DNA from: Piedraia hortae CBS 480.64
Lineage: Eukaryota
Assembly: GCA_010093745.1 (NCBI GenBank)
Contig: MU006046.1
Location: 1-40,611, forward strand
Reading direction: 5' to 3'
Length of the DNA stretch: 40,611 nucleotides
In this document: positions 11,979 through 23,057 of the stretch, in pieces
Layout of the letters: every line of letters begins with the position of its first letter
Numbering within the stretch: position 1 is the first letter of the stretch
The notes under the pieces: generated by a model
The model's input: only the letters and a program-made list of their open reading frames with translations
The model's database searches: none
What the model was told of the DNA's origin: nothing
Program-made: the position numbers and the translations under genes

Positions 11979-12989
11979 TCACGCAGTTTCGCCCACCTTC
12001 TTCCCGAGAATTTTTTTTTATCGACTATCAAGTTAAAGAGAGCTCGAGGGGTGTAAGAGGGAAGGTGTGGCGGTGAGACAAACGGGAAGATGATCAGATG
12101 GACAAATTTCTACAAATGTCCTCCCAATGCAACGACTACATCTATATCTAAGCCGGCCTTTGTCTAAGACCAGGCCAGAGAGCACCAGAGCTATCACAAA
12201 ACCATCTTGGCATAAAATGCATGCCAAACACGGAACCCGTGTCACATCGTTTCCCTTAGCTCTGGGCGATAAAAGTAGCAGAGTAGAGCACAGCGAACAC
12301 GGTGAAGTGAAGACTGCAGACAAGTCTTTCAAGGAAAGTAAAGATCCTGGCGAAGTGAATACTGTCTTGGAAACATCAGTCTCTGTAGAAGATGATATCG
12401 ATACAGCCAAGGGAAGATATCAAGCATATATTGAAAATAACGCAAACGAGTCGAGTTTGGAGGATGCTCGCCAAATACATGCAGCAGGAAAGCCGATCAG
12501 CGGAATGTGCCCCGAAGAAAAAATTTGAAATCGCTACCCCGCCCAATGAGAAGCCTATCATACTCAACAAGGCAGTCCAAAGCGCTCATGGGGCTGCGGG
12601 GCAGGGGCATGCACAAAGGTGAATACCAAGAAAGGAGCCCAACTCGAAAATGATGCGACATCTGTGGAAAGCACCTCGGAAGACGATGCCGCGCCTGTGC
12701 TGGACTCATCAGATTTGGCAGCACGACGGGACGCGATGATATTACTAGGTAAAGGCGATCCAGATCTAAAACCATCAATTCAATTACCACACGCAAGAAG
12801 CTATCAGAAGGTAGGAAAAATCCAAAAGCATCAGGATATGTGGGAGGAGACATGTCTGAGGGTGGCGCAACTGGTGTCGACTTCGTTGCCAGAATGAACG
12901 TCATTTAAAGATACTACTTCCAGGAGCCAGAGAAGGCCTGGGCGCAGGTTCGACGGGAGGGGCGGGTCGTGTCGGTGGAGTTGTGGGAG

Positions 12990-14000
12990 CTCATGCTAGG
13001 CGACCGTGAGGGCCAACGGCGTAGTGGTATGCTGGTACAAATTTTCCCCAAATGGCGATAGTCGAGCCTATATCGTAAGCCGATGCAGAGCAAAGCTCGA
13101 TTCTGCAAGGGAAACCAAGGCGCCACCAAGACAGGAAGGAACGCCCTCAGACGAAACAATGGTAATCACCGGCAAACTCCGGAACCGACATATAAATCTC
13201 AACCTCATGATCGATCACGGGTTCGAGAGGGACCGTTGGTACACCATCATGGGGTACTGCGGCAGCGGTGACCCGGCAGATCCGCATTTCCTCTACCAGT
13301 TCCATCGAAACCCCGAGGCCAATACTCTTCCTTAACCATTTTATGGCATCCATGGCGTCAGCCTTGGTTTTCTTACACGATGGCATCAAAGATATCAGCC
13401 GCCCTCATGAAAAGGTTCCAGATCATGAGGCCCTGATTCATGGAGACTGTTGGCATGAAGTCTCGTTGCTATCAGTGTACGATGCCACTGCGCGACACCT
13501 CTTACACCAGCAGCTGCACCCTAGGTTTTGTCCTCACAGAGGTTTCCCTCAGGGTCATGTCGCATGCGACATGGTGAATGCGCCCTGCTACTGTTATGAG
13601 GTGAGTCATGGAGTAAGACTGCATGCTGACAGTCTTACTGCATGTATGACCACTTGCTTATGGTCATACAATTGATGACTCTTCATACGAGGCTACGCAC
13701 GGGCCTTCCAGCCCAGAATATATTCTCTGATGTTCCCTCGAAGATATACTTGTATTCACTCATAAAAACACATCTCTACTTTCCATCCATCGTTCTCACT
13801 CATACATACTATCTTTCTTTTTCAGAGACATCAAGCCAGAAACCATCTTCCTGCATTGGGATCACCCGTGCGATGTGCTCCTGCTCTTTCAAATGATAGG
13901 CAAAAAACTTTCGACTGCAATATTTTCTCAGCGATTTAGGAGGTTGCAAATTTTCCGACACCGGATCTATGTACGACGCCCCTGGGGGTTGTTTCTTCCC
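12990..14000 (+). pseudogene. Protein kinase pseudogene interrupted by a solo LTR
   Basis: 'YTIMGYCGSGD' (hinge) and 'HFMASMASALVFLHDG..ALIHGD'. After the LTR the frame resumes 'IKPETIFLHW' (catalytic loop HxDIKPxNI), later 'LGVV'. The charged ORF fragments at 12127-12900 may be its N-terminal extension. Confidence 0.75.
13448..13824 (+). mobile_element. Solo LTR (377 bp) with 5-bp TSD GAGAC
   Basis: Begins TGTTGG, ends CA. GAGAC at 13443-13447 and 13825-13829. Removing it restores the kinase catalytic loop. Similar to sequences starting at 29924 and 30451. Confidence 0.85.
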
Positions 14001-14807
14001 CGCAAAACTTTACATCAGAGTGACTGATCGAACACCGCCTGTGAAGAGCTCGAGAACAACACCAAAGCGAACAAAAGTCTTGAACCAATAAATCTCCCAA
14101 GCGCAAACGTTTCAGCGAATAAGAACGACAAAGCAAGCGATTACTTGGCGAAAGATGATACCAAGCAACATTTGGGGTATGCAGCTTTTGAAAAGTTGTA
14201 TGTTGTTTTGCCTATCTCCACTGTTGCTTTAACGCTTTAGTTCCTATTATCGGGATATCGTTCCTTTCTCATGATGTGAATAACGCTTTCTAATAACTTG
14301 ACCAGGTGTCGCCCCCGACAGCAATGCCGTAAGAGGCGTGAGTGACTACCCGACGTGGTCTTCGTATTAATGGAAGGCAAGGTGAGGTGTTTACATGCTG
14401 AAAATTTCTCATCGATTGAAGAATCGCTCTGGATGGTCACCGCGTTGCCACGCATTGGATAGACTTTCTTGCCCTCGAGATCGTTTGGTGCCGATTTGGG
14501 TTGCTGTTTGAGGCATATTCTTGTGTAACATATACACTTTTTTATGTCTCCTAGGGTCACATGCTGTTCACATGACCCACTTCCGTTCGGCGGACGTTGT
14601 TAAACTTGGGAGTTTTCCAAGTGACAGATTGCCGTTAGTGTCGAGAAACGTCTTTAATGATTTGATTAGTTACACTTCTACATTCCCCTTATTTCTGCTA
14701 ATAAAGCATGTTAAAGTTGTGAAACTGTACCCTACCACGAAACTACTCTAACCCCCTTCTCCCCTCTCTTCCCGTCTTCACACGCGAGGCAGGCTACCAA
14801 TCGTTTG

Positions 14808-17498
14808 CTAAACGACCTCATTGTACACGTCGACGAGTTCAAACGCGCCCATTTTCCTCACCTGTTGTTTGACTTTGGGATTCCCATCCATGAGTCTTGT
14901 CAAAACCAGAATGCAAAGTTTCTTGACATTTCTCCAGTCGAATTCGCTTGGGTCAACTTCGGGAGGGAGCTGAGATGGGGGCGGCGGTATGGACAGTTCC
15001 GGCGGTGGAGATGCGGGTTCCGTGGGGGCTTCGTCTGGATCTTCATTCGAATTTAATTCGTCGATTTCGTCCTTCTTAAGGTTGTCGATGAATGGTTTGC
15101 GCAGGGGTGAGGAGAATGAGCGCGTTTCGAAATCGGTGACTCTGGTAGGAAATGCGTCGTCTGCGCTCTGTGATCTTTGATGTTTTGTAGAGTTCTGATT
15201 CGGTGTCGGGAAGGGGGGAGGGGGAGGTGGAACGGACGCGGCAGAGGCAGTGAGTTCGATTTTGGAGAGCTCGGAAAGGAGCGTGAGCAGTTCATGGACG
15301 AGGGACCAGTCGGTTAGAATTTCCTTCCAGATGTTCAGGGTCCCGGCGCCGTTTTCGCTGTTAGAGTCGTCCGCATTGCCCCGGCCCTCAACAAGCATGG
15401 CAAAGAACTCGAGGTACTGATAGACACCCTCGAACATTCTTTCCATGTCCCAAGAGTTTAGTGGGAAATCCTCCGCGCTCGCGTAGCCCCCGTGTATCTT
15501 TCCCTGGAGAAAGATCAGAGCACACGTCTGGGGGACAATGTGTTTGCGGAATTCGGTGAAGATGAAGTTGAGGGCTTGGGTATCCACCGCCTCGGGAGTT
15601 GTTGTGATCGTACGTTGACGGAAGATAGACGTCAAGACCTTAACAACGACAGCCTGAGCAGGAGAGACAATGTCCTTGGTCCTGCTGCGGTCTTCCATAA
15701 CGGTGTAGGCAAAAGGCAAGAGGCCACAGTTGAGGATGGCTTCGAGGATCTTGCAAATGAATTTGAAGTAGAGCTCTTCCTCTCGGAGGTCCCAGGCTGC
15801 TACGAAAATCAGAAGCTCACGCAGTAGATTGCGGCCCGTGGGCTGCGACAGGAGCAGATGAGTTCGTAGAATGTGCTGGCCGTTTCTAGGAGTCGGTACA
15901 AGGCCAGACATGATAAGCATCGGCAGCACCTCGATCTCACTGGGTCCCAGGATGAGCGGCACATCAGTCAAGAGTCCACGGCCGTCCTCGGTAGCGCCGG
16001 GATAGTCTTCATCTTCTTCGTCGTCTTCCGAGTCTTGCTCATCCCCGGCGGTATCGGCCTCGTCCTCTGGCGTAAGAGCGGCATCCTCTGCCTCGCCGTC
16101 GCTATCGCCGATGCGAAACTTCTCCAGCCGCTTGAGAAGTTCATCCTTGCCGGACTTGAGGATCCGCGCTCCTTCGTCTGCGCTCAAGGACATGATGCTG
16201 TCGTCTGCCGGCTCGGACTCGTCGTCCCAGCCAGCCGGAAGCATGACTTCTGGCGGAATGATCTCACGGCGGATGCGGTTAGCAATCTCCGGACTCAACA
16301 TGTCCAGCTGACGTTCGATTTCCTGACGGCGGTTTTTGATCATCTGAGGCTCGGGCTGTCCGCGCTGCTTTCGCTCCCACCGAATTGCATTTACCCGATA
16401 GTGCCGGTCCAGGCGACAGTATTCCACTCCCCACCATTCGCGGTCGGCGTCTGAGATGCCGTCGTCGCTATCGCCGGCCCACATCCGCCGCCATTCGAGG
16501 TGAATTTCAGCCGGAGTCGGCGCCCTCCCATAGGCCTCTTGGAAGTCGCTTTTGATGCTGTCGAGATTGTACTTGAGCGCCAGGACGTAGCCGTTTCCGA
16601 CGAAGCGGCCGGCATCAATGTTCTTTCGTACAGACGCCGGCAACTGATGGCTACCAGCATCCTGACACGGCAAAGATAGGCTTTCGGACCGCAACTGGCC
16701 ATACGCCAGCAGGATCTCTTGGTCGGAAACGGGAGGAAGCGGTTTGGATTCACCGTCCCACTCGCCTTCGAGCTCTGCCCGCTTTCGTTCTCTGCCCAAT
16801 TTCTCGCCGTCTCCATCTGACTGCGGTCCGTTGTCCAGATCTACGGCGGATCCATGGTCGAAAAGCGCTAGCCACAGCTCGTTTTTGCGCCGCTCGTTCT
16901 GCGCCACGGCGTTGTTCAGCCACTGCAAACCAGTGACGAGGAGCCTCTTGTAGCCGTTGACGACCCATTGCCATCTCTCTTCGTGATCGTTGCCGGCCAC
17001 GCCGTCGTAGCCGCGCACGGCCACGCGCACGCAACAGTGAATCAGGTTCCGGATGTTGCTGTCGATGCCAACGCGCGCCACGAGGTTCTGCACCCTGGGG
17101 CCGGCGTAGAGGCAGTTGCGGCTGATACACATCACGTGGTAGAGGCGCTCGAGGTCGGCCCATAGATCGGGGGCGTGTCGGACCATGAGTGCGCCGGGCG
17201 TAGCGTCGAAGTCGAGGCCGCCATCACCGCCGTTACCGCCGGTGAAGCTGCGACGCTCGAGGCTGGGAACGGCGGCAGAGAGGACGTCAATGAGGTTAGT
17301 CCAATATGCCTCGCTGAGGCCAATGGCGTTGCGGATGCCCGTGTCGCCGGCCGTGGCTTGGACAACGGCGGCAACCCTGGCGGCGAGCAGGTCCTGCGTC
17401 GTCCCACGCAGGTAATTAGGGCTCTTGAAGTGGATGACGTAGGCCGCCAGCACCAGGCGGATCAGCACGGCGTACGCTTGGTTGACGTCGCGTGCCAT
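14808..17498 (-). CDS. CTR86: Ataxin-10 / copper transport protein 86-like protein (C-terminus appears short)
   Basis: Long intact ORF with 'GLLTDVPLILGPSEIEVLPMLI', 'GRNLLRELLIFVAAWDLREEELYFK', 'FPLNSWDMERMFEGVYQYLEF' and 'WRNVKKLCILVL', typical of fungal ATXN10 homologs. First ATG is at 17498. Confidence 0.8.
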   Translation of the reverse strand: MARDVNQAYAVLIRLVLAAYVIHFKSPNYLRGTTQDLLAARVAAVVQATAGDTGIRNAIGLSEAYWTNLIDVLSAAVPSLERRSFTGGNGGDGGLDFDATPGALMVRHAPDLWADLERLYHVMCISRNCLYAGPRVQNLVARVGIDSNIRNLIHCCVRVAVRGYDGVAGNDHEERWQWVVNGYKRLLVTGLQWLNNAVAQNERRKNELWLALFDHGSAVDLDNGPQSDGDGEKLGRERKRAELEGEWDGESKPLPPVSDQEILLAYGQLRSESLSLPCQDAGSHQLPASVRKNIDAGRFVGNGYVLALKYNLDSIKSDFQEAYGRAPTPAEIHLEWRRMWAGDSDDGISDADREWWGVEYCRLDRHYRVNAIRWERKQRGQPEPQMIKNRRQEIERQLDMLSPEIANRIRREIIPPEVMLPAGWDDESEPADDSIMSLSADEGARILKSGKDELLKRLEKFRIGDSDGEAEDAALTPEDEADTAGDEQDSEDDEEDEDYPGATEDGRGLLTDVPLILGPSEIEVLPMLIMSGLVPTPRNGQHILRTHLLLSQPTGRNLLRELLIFVAAWDLREEELYFKFICKILEAILNCGLLPFAYTVMEDRSRTKDIVSPAQAVVVKVLTSIFRQRTITTTPEAVDTQALNFIFTEFRKHIVPQTCALIFLQGKIHGGYASAEDFPLNSWDMERMFEGVYQYLEFFAMLVEGRGNADDSNSENGAGTLNIWKEILTDWSLVHELLTLLSELSKIELTASAASVPPPPPPFPTPNQNSTKHQRSQSADDAFPTRVTDFETRSFSSPLRKPFIDNLKKDEIDELNSNEDPDEAPTEPASPPPELSIPPPPSQLPPEVDPSEFDWRNVKKLCILVLTRLMDGNPKVKQQVRKMGAFELVDVYNEVV

Positions 17499-18791
17499 GT
17501 TGACGTCAAGTCTACGTGACTCTATCTGCCCCGTGTCACGCTCTGCCCGGCATCCCCTCCAGCGACCAACTTTTGTCCGGTGCGTCGCTGCAGTGACGCC
17601 CTCTTCAAGGGGGAAGCCGCAGCCAACCACGGCGGACAGTCGGCAGCTGATATCATATGCTCAGGTACCCAAAGTATCACCAAGAAAATGGAATAGACTG
17701 TCAACTTGGCTTGTTGGAAGCCGAGACCATCCTTCAGCGCTGTCGTACACTTGCTCTACCAAGCTTCAATGACGCCATCGTTTTGTGAGTCATTGCCATG
17801 ACGCCATGCAAACGGGGTGCTGTCATCGCTGCACCATCAACCCGTCTGACATCACAACCGTCGTCATCACGACACCAACAACCGTCTTGTCATCCTTTGC
17901 CATGAGGGTCCTTGAATTAGCGCGTATCATTGTGCACGACACGTCACGCGGCCCCTAATCTACCTGGTAATGCCTCCAACTCGTAGACTGAAACTGTTGT
18001 ACAGGGCACCTTTGAAGTAGGCAACAGTACGCAGCTGGCAGCATGACTGCATTTGTTGACGAAGCAGCCGGACCAACCGCGGTTATTCGGACGCACGAAC
18101 AACACCTGCGGGCGTAGCTGCGCCAACAATGTCATAGGCATATCGCTGTGGCAGTGTTTTGCTGACGCCGGCAACCTGCCCACCAAGGCTGCTCTGCGCA
18201 GTGTAACGGGTGTGTCGCGGCGATGGCCTCGACAGGAAGCGGCTGTGCAAGTCAGACTTCGGCTTCTTCCCGTAATCATCAGACATGCACAAGATGAAAA
18301 CGCGCCCTGGCAGGGCGTGGCCTAGATGCACCTGTACTACTATCGGCTCGTCTTTACTTGAATCGCGCCATACTTGAGCTGTTTCTAGAAATGATCATGG
18401 CGGCAGCTTCGCGAACCCGGCACCGCTGCTGAACTGGCAGACAAGGCTGACTACATTTGACTTTGATGCCCGCTTTTTGCAAAAACGGCCTTCCCTTATT
18501 GAGAACCATAAGCTCGCTTGGCGTCTGTCAGAGTTTAGACGACGCCTTGGCGAAGCCACGCATACGGCTACGTGTCACTGAGCAACAGTCCACGTAACAT
18601 GGACCTGCATGCAATCGCCTTTGCACATCAAAAGGAGCGAAGTGCCACTTGCGCAGAACCACCTGACCGAACGGGTCCGCCAGTTTTCTTTCCCGACGCG
18701 CGGATAACCAATCAGGTGGCGCAAGGCTTCAAGGCAACAGCTTCCTGACTAAGCACATGGCGCGCCAAGTTGCGGAGTGACTCATGCTGCG

Positions 18792-18797
18792 TATAAA
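18792..18797 (+). promoter_or_regulatory. Putative TATA box
   Basis: TATAAA about 40 nt upstream of a strong-context start CACCATGG (ATG 18835). Confidence 0.4.
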
Positions 18798-18834
18798 TGC
18801 GCCCCCCATCCACCCTCGAGATTTAAACCCCACC

Positions 18835-19848
18835 ATGGTCCTGATCAGAGTCAAGAAGACAGTACAGAATTCCTCCGAAGTCATGGAAGAAACTAGCGAC
18901 TCGATTCCAGATAGAAGGCGTGTCTCAAAGCCCAACGTTCATTTCAGAGAGACGGTCGAGTATGAAGGCGAAGAGCAGAGAACAAAACTCCGCTCTATCG
19001 AGGAAGATGACAGAGAACATGGCTCATATCACAGCTCCTGCCACAGACGAGATCGTATTGTCGGTGGTGTAGGTCACTTGCATTACTCAGACAGAGACAA
19101 GGTCCATGCCCTAGATGGTCATAGAGGTGGCAGAGATGATCGTCATGGCACAAGACGGGAATATCACAGTTCCAGACACGACAGACATGCTGACGGAGCA
19201 CCATCATCGCCAGACGATCGACATGGTGCCAGGATCCTTGTTGGAGAAGGAATGCCAGCCAGGAAAGCTCCACTCAGACCAGAGGAAGAAAGTGCTGCAT
19301 ACACTTATGAAATACACATCAGGGTTTGCCAAAGCTGCCAGTTCAACGACGATTGCCGCATTGGACGATTTCTGGCAGATGAGCTGACGAGTTACCTACG
19401 CATCAAGAATGGGGTGGTGTATCGACGCGAAGGTCACACACGCGTACCAGTCGACTTGGACAGTGGATATTCTTACTGTCGCAAGCTGATGGCAGCCAGA
19501 AGAAGAGATTCCGACTCTTGGGATGCCGAGCACAAGCTCAAGGACGGCCACAAGCTGGCAATGGTCAACTCTCCCAAGTCTACCTCAGCCCTCGAAGCGG
19601 ACAAAGACGCGCCCAAAGCACCTCCCAAGCCGATTCTAAAAGAAAAACCCAAACCCAACATCATCGTCCACGAGCGTCCGACCCAACCCGCTCCAGAGAC
19701 CGCACTCAAGGTCACGATCCAACCAGGGGTCGGCAACAATACGCAACGACGCGGCTCACTGTACGAACAAGACAAGGAGCGACAGCGAGCGGCTTTAGCA
19801 AGGGAATACCGCAAAGAAACGGGACGCCAAGAAGGACGCTTTTTGTAA
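18835..19848 (+). CDS. Hypothetical hydrophilic protein (R/D/H-rich, CxxC-x5-C motif)
   Basis: Uninterrupted ~337-aa ORF with a good start context. It ends 34 nt from the convergent permease stop. No family recognised. Confidence 0.65.
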   Translation: MVLIRVKKTVQNSSEVMEETSDSIPDRRRVSKPNVHFRETVEYEGEEQRTKLRSIEEDDREHGSYHSSCHRRDRIVGGVGHLHYSDRDKVHALDGHRGGRDDRHGTRREYHSSRHDRHADGAPSSPDDRHGARILVGEGMPARKAPLRPEEESAAYTYEIHIRVCQSCQFNDDCRIGRFLADELTSYLRIKNGVVYRREGHTRVPVDLDSGYSYCRKLMAARRRDSDSWDAEHKLKDGHKLAMVNSPKSTSALEADKDAPKAPPKPILKEKPKPNIIVHERPTQPAPETALKVTIQPGVGNNTQRRGSLYEQDKERQRAALAREYRKETGRQEGRFL

Positions 19849-19882
19849 TTCACAAACGACGTACATAACGAAGAATCATCCA

Positions 19883-21328
19883 TTAAGCATCCTTCTCCTG
19901 CTCCAACCCCATTTTACTAATATCGTACCCATTCCTGCTGAGGTAATCCCTAAACCCCTTATCCTCCTCCACAATCGTATCCTGTCCAATATGCGGCAAC
20001 AACCCCAACGCAAGCGCAGCACTGACCACGCAAAGCGAAGCCGAAATCAAAAAAGGATACTGACCCGCCTTGACCTTCTCCCCGGAATTGTAATAATCGT
20101 TATACATGAGAATCAGCACTTTGCTTCCCACAAAAGCGCCGATCTTCCCCGTCGCGGCCGCGATTCCATAATACTGGCCCCTCACCGCCGTTGCGCAAGT
20201 CTTGCTCGCTATCAATCCGATATTATTCCCTGGACCGGCCTCGCCGATCGCGATGAAGATGCCATACACAACGACGAATGCCCCGACGTAGTGCGGTTGC
20301 GCGAGGTAGGAGTATGTCCCCGCCATTATAAATCCTATTATAGCTTGGACGAGGACGATGTATCCTAGTGCGTGTTTTGGGCCGAACCAATCTGACGTCC
20401 ACGCCCCGATAAGACAGCCGGGCATGTAGAAGAGGTTGAGGAGTGTGTTCCACCCAAACGACTTCCAGAGGGCTTTTTCGTCTCCCAAGAGGTTGGTTAA
20501 GAGTTGGCTGGAGAGGAGACCGAACGAATAAGCTGAGAAATCGTAGATGAACCATATCGCGGACACGATCATGAGTCTTTTCCAGTAGAATTTGATGACC
20601 AACCCCCAGGGCGTCTTTGTCTTGGCCATGGTGTTTTGGCGGTAACTTTCCGGTTCCTGGAGCCTTGCACGCATGAGGAGAAGGACTGTAGGTGGGATTA
20701 CGCCTAACCCGAGGCAGATTCGCCATGCGGCGCGCAGGTGGGATTGAGTTGTAGCTAGGACGACAATCATGGGGACGATTGCGCCTACGACGAATCCCAG
20801 GTCGATTTGGACGTTCGTGAAGAGACAGAACCACCTGTTGCGGGTTCCGCTGCGGAGGGAGCCGGTTGATTCTGCGCATGCGACGCTTCCCGCTGGGTAT
20901 TCACCCCCGATGCCGATGCCGAGGAAGAAGCGGTAGGCGGTCAGGGCTGCGAGGAGGCCGTGAACGCTGCCGCCCGCGCCGTAGGAGGCGGTTGTGAGGA
21001 TTGAGAAGAGGATCAATATCACGGTGCTGATTACGAGGGTCCATTTGCGGCTCCAGTGGTCGCTTGTCCAGCCGAATATGAGCTGTCCGAGGACGGTGCC
21101 GACGAAGGTTATGCTTGAGACGTTGGAGATGGCAGAGGAGTGTTTGTATTCTTTTGGGTAGATGACGGACAGCATCGTGCTGACGCTGCCGATTACGCTG
21201 TTGAGGTATCCGTCCGAGAAGAGTCCTGCGCCGCATGCGATGACGGGCCAGACTTGGGCCCAGCGGTTGGGTTGGCGGTCGCTGACATGGGGTGTCGCAT
21301 CGTCTGTCGCCGGGCTTTTTTCCGTCAT
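19883..21328 (-). CDS. GIT1: MFS glycerophosphoinositol/glycerophosphodiester permease (GIT1-like)
   Basis: 'ACGAGLFSDGYLN', 'GQLIFGWTSD..SRK', 'YRFFLGIGIGGEYPAGSVACAE', 'GEAGPGNNIGL..KT.ATAVRGQYYGIAAA.GKIGAFVG'; about 12 hydrophobic segments. Confidence 0.85.
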   Translation of the reverse strand: MTEKSPATDDATPHVSDRQPNRWAQVWPVIACGAGLFSDGYLNSVIGSVSTMLSVIYPKEYKHSSAISNVSSITFVGTVLGQLIFGWTSDHWSRKWTLVISTVILILFSILTTASYGAGGSVHGLLAALTAYRFFLGIGIGGEYPAGSVACAESTGSLRSGTRNRWFCLFTNVQIDLGFVVGAIVPMIVVLATTQSHLRAAWRICLGLGVIPPTVLLLMRARLQEPESYRQNTMAKTKTPWGLVIKFYWKRLMIVSAIWFIYDFSAYSFGLLSSQLLTNLLGDEKALWKSFGWNTLLNLFYMPGCLIGAWTSDWFGPKHALGYIVLVQAIIGFIMAGTYSYLAQPHYVGAFVVVYGIFIAIGEAGPGNNIGLIASKTCATAVRGQYYGIAAATGKIGAFVGSKVLILMYNDYYNSGEKVKAGQYPFLISASLCVVSAALALGLLPHIGQDTIVEEDKGFRDYLSRNGYDISKMGLEQEKDA

Positions 21329-21683
21329 GGTGGATGCGAGGAAATGCAGAGAAAGAGGGGCGATCAAGGACTAGTTATCTCGCAGATTGGCGCGTCCAAA
21401 GCCTTGATCGGTGGCCGGGTGGCCGGGTATAAGTAGTCGTTCAAGCCAACGGGGGATATCGCGATTTGGAACACTCCGTGAACGCTCCGTGGACTTCACG
21501 TGTCCATCTTTCTCTCCTTCTTCTTCTTCTTCTTCAACTTCCAGTCCATCCTATGGAAACGCCCCAATCCGCCCACGTGGCCCCTAATCTTCCCACCATT
21601 ACTTTTGTTTTTCCCAATCAGCGCCAAACGGGACGCGCCGACCCGTCGCGCATACCAACATCACCGCGTGATGCGTGTGACAA

Positions 21684-23053
21684 ATGTTGCAACGAAGTCT
21701 TCGACGTCGGCCATATAGCTGTCGCAGCAGTAGGTATCCGCATAGATTCGGCCAGCCGGTGCATGAAACCCACCCGCACCTCCTCGCTGCGGGTGAACTC
21801 ACGCCTGGTATCCCCGCTGTAGAGTACCACCACCGACGCTCCGCCCTCGCGAAAAAACTCCCCGCGAACAGCATCGCCATCTTGAAGGCGTCGGAGCTGA
21901 GGTTCAAATCCGGGCCGGCCTTTTATGAGTTTCATCAGGATCCGAATTTCTTTCATCTTACAGGTTCTGTCGTTGTAGCCCATGTGGAAGGTGACTGACG
22001 GGGGCTAAAGGATTCAACGAGCCGTCTGCGGTGGCGGCTATATCCACAGGAACGTCCCCCGCGGAGTATACCTTTCACCTCTTCGTCCGGCCAAAGGACG
22101 TGAAAGCAGAGCAGTGGGATGGCGCCCGCTCTGGGATTCAAGCCGCGCTGGATGTCTTCAACGCGGACGAGGCATGGAACGTTGCCGATGTGCACTCCAT
22201 CCTGCCGGATCTTGTGAAGAGCGCAAAGTGTGTGTATACTGATCTCGGTGAAAAGGAACTCGTGCCGCTGGTGCGGGCGGGGAAAGTAAGACAGCTGCGC
22301 AACGTCATGGACGAGTTGAGGGTTTATAAGAGCGAGGCCGAGCTGGAGTGTATGCGGAAAGCTGCTTCGGTGTCGGGGGAGGTTCTTAGACAAGTAATGC
22401 AAAGGTCTTTTGCGACGGAGAAGCTGCTCTGGGCTGATTTGGCCTATGGGTTTAAAACCAACGGACTTGATGGCGAGGCATATGTGCCTGTTGTTGCTGG
22501 TGGACGGAACGCTCTGTGCATCCACTATGTACGCAATGATGATGTGCTAAGACAGGGCGACGTCGTCTTGGTGGATGCTGGAGGGGAGTATGGTGGATAC
22601 ATCACTGATATTACGCGCACTTGGGCGGTAGATGGAAAGTTTTCCCCTGCCCAGCGTGATCTTTACGATGCAGTTTTACGAGTGCAGGAAAGTTGCATCT
22701 CGCTCTGTCGAGAAGACGTCGCCATGTCGCTCGACGAAATTCACAGCATCGCCTCAGCAGGGCTCCGTGAAGGCCTCAAAGATCTTGGATTTGACAACGC
22801 AGACAAGATAATCAACACGGTATTCCCCCACCACGTAGGCCACCACATCGGTCTAGAAGTCCACGATGCAGCAACATGGCCGCGGACCAAGAAACTGGAA
22901 CAAAATCAATGCGTCACTATCGAACCTGGATTGTACGTTCCCGACGACGACAGATTTCCCGCTCACTTCCGCGGCTTAGGCATAAGGATAGAAGACTCCA
23001 TCCACATCGGCCGCGACAAACCCGAAGTGCTAACCCACACAGCGCCGAAATAA
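21684..23053 (+). CDS. ICP55: Mitochondrial Xaa-Pro aminopeptidase family (M24B) intermediate cleaving peptidase 55
   Basis: Arg-rich presequence, 'GQPVHETHPHLL..GELTPGI', VDAG..DITRT, HHVGHHIGLEVHD, TIEPGLY, GIRIED. Intron 21964-22010 (GT..CTGAC..AAG) restores 'FFHLTGFNEP'. Confidence 0.9.
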
Positions 23054-23057
23054 CCCA

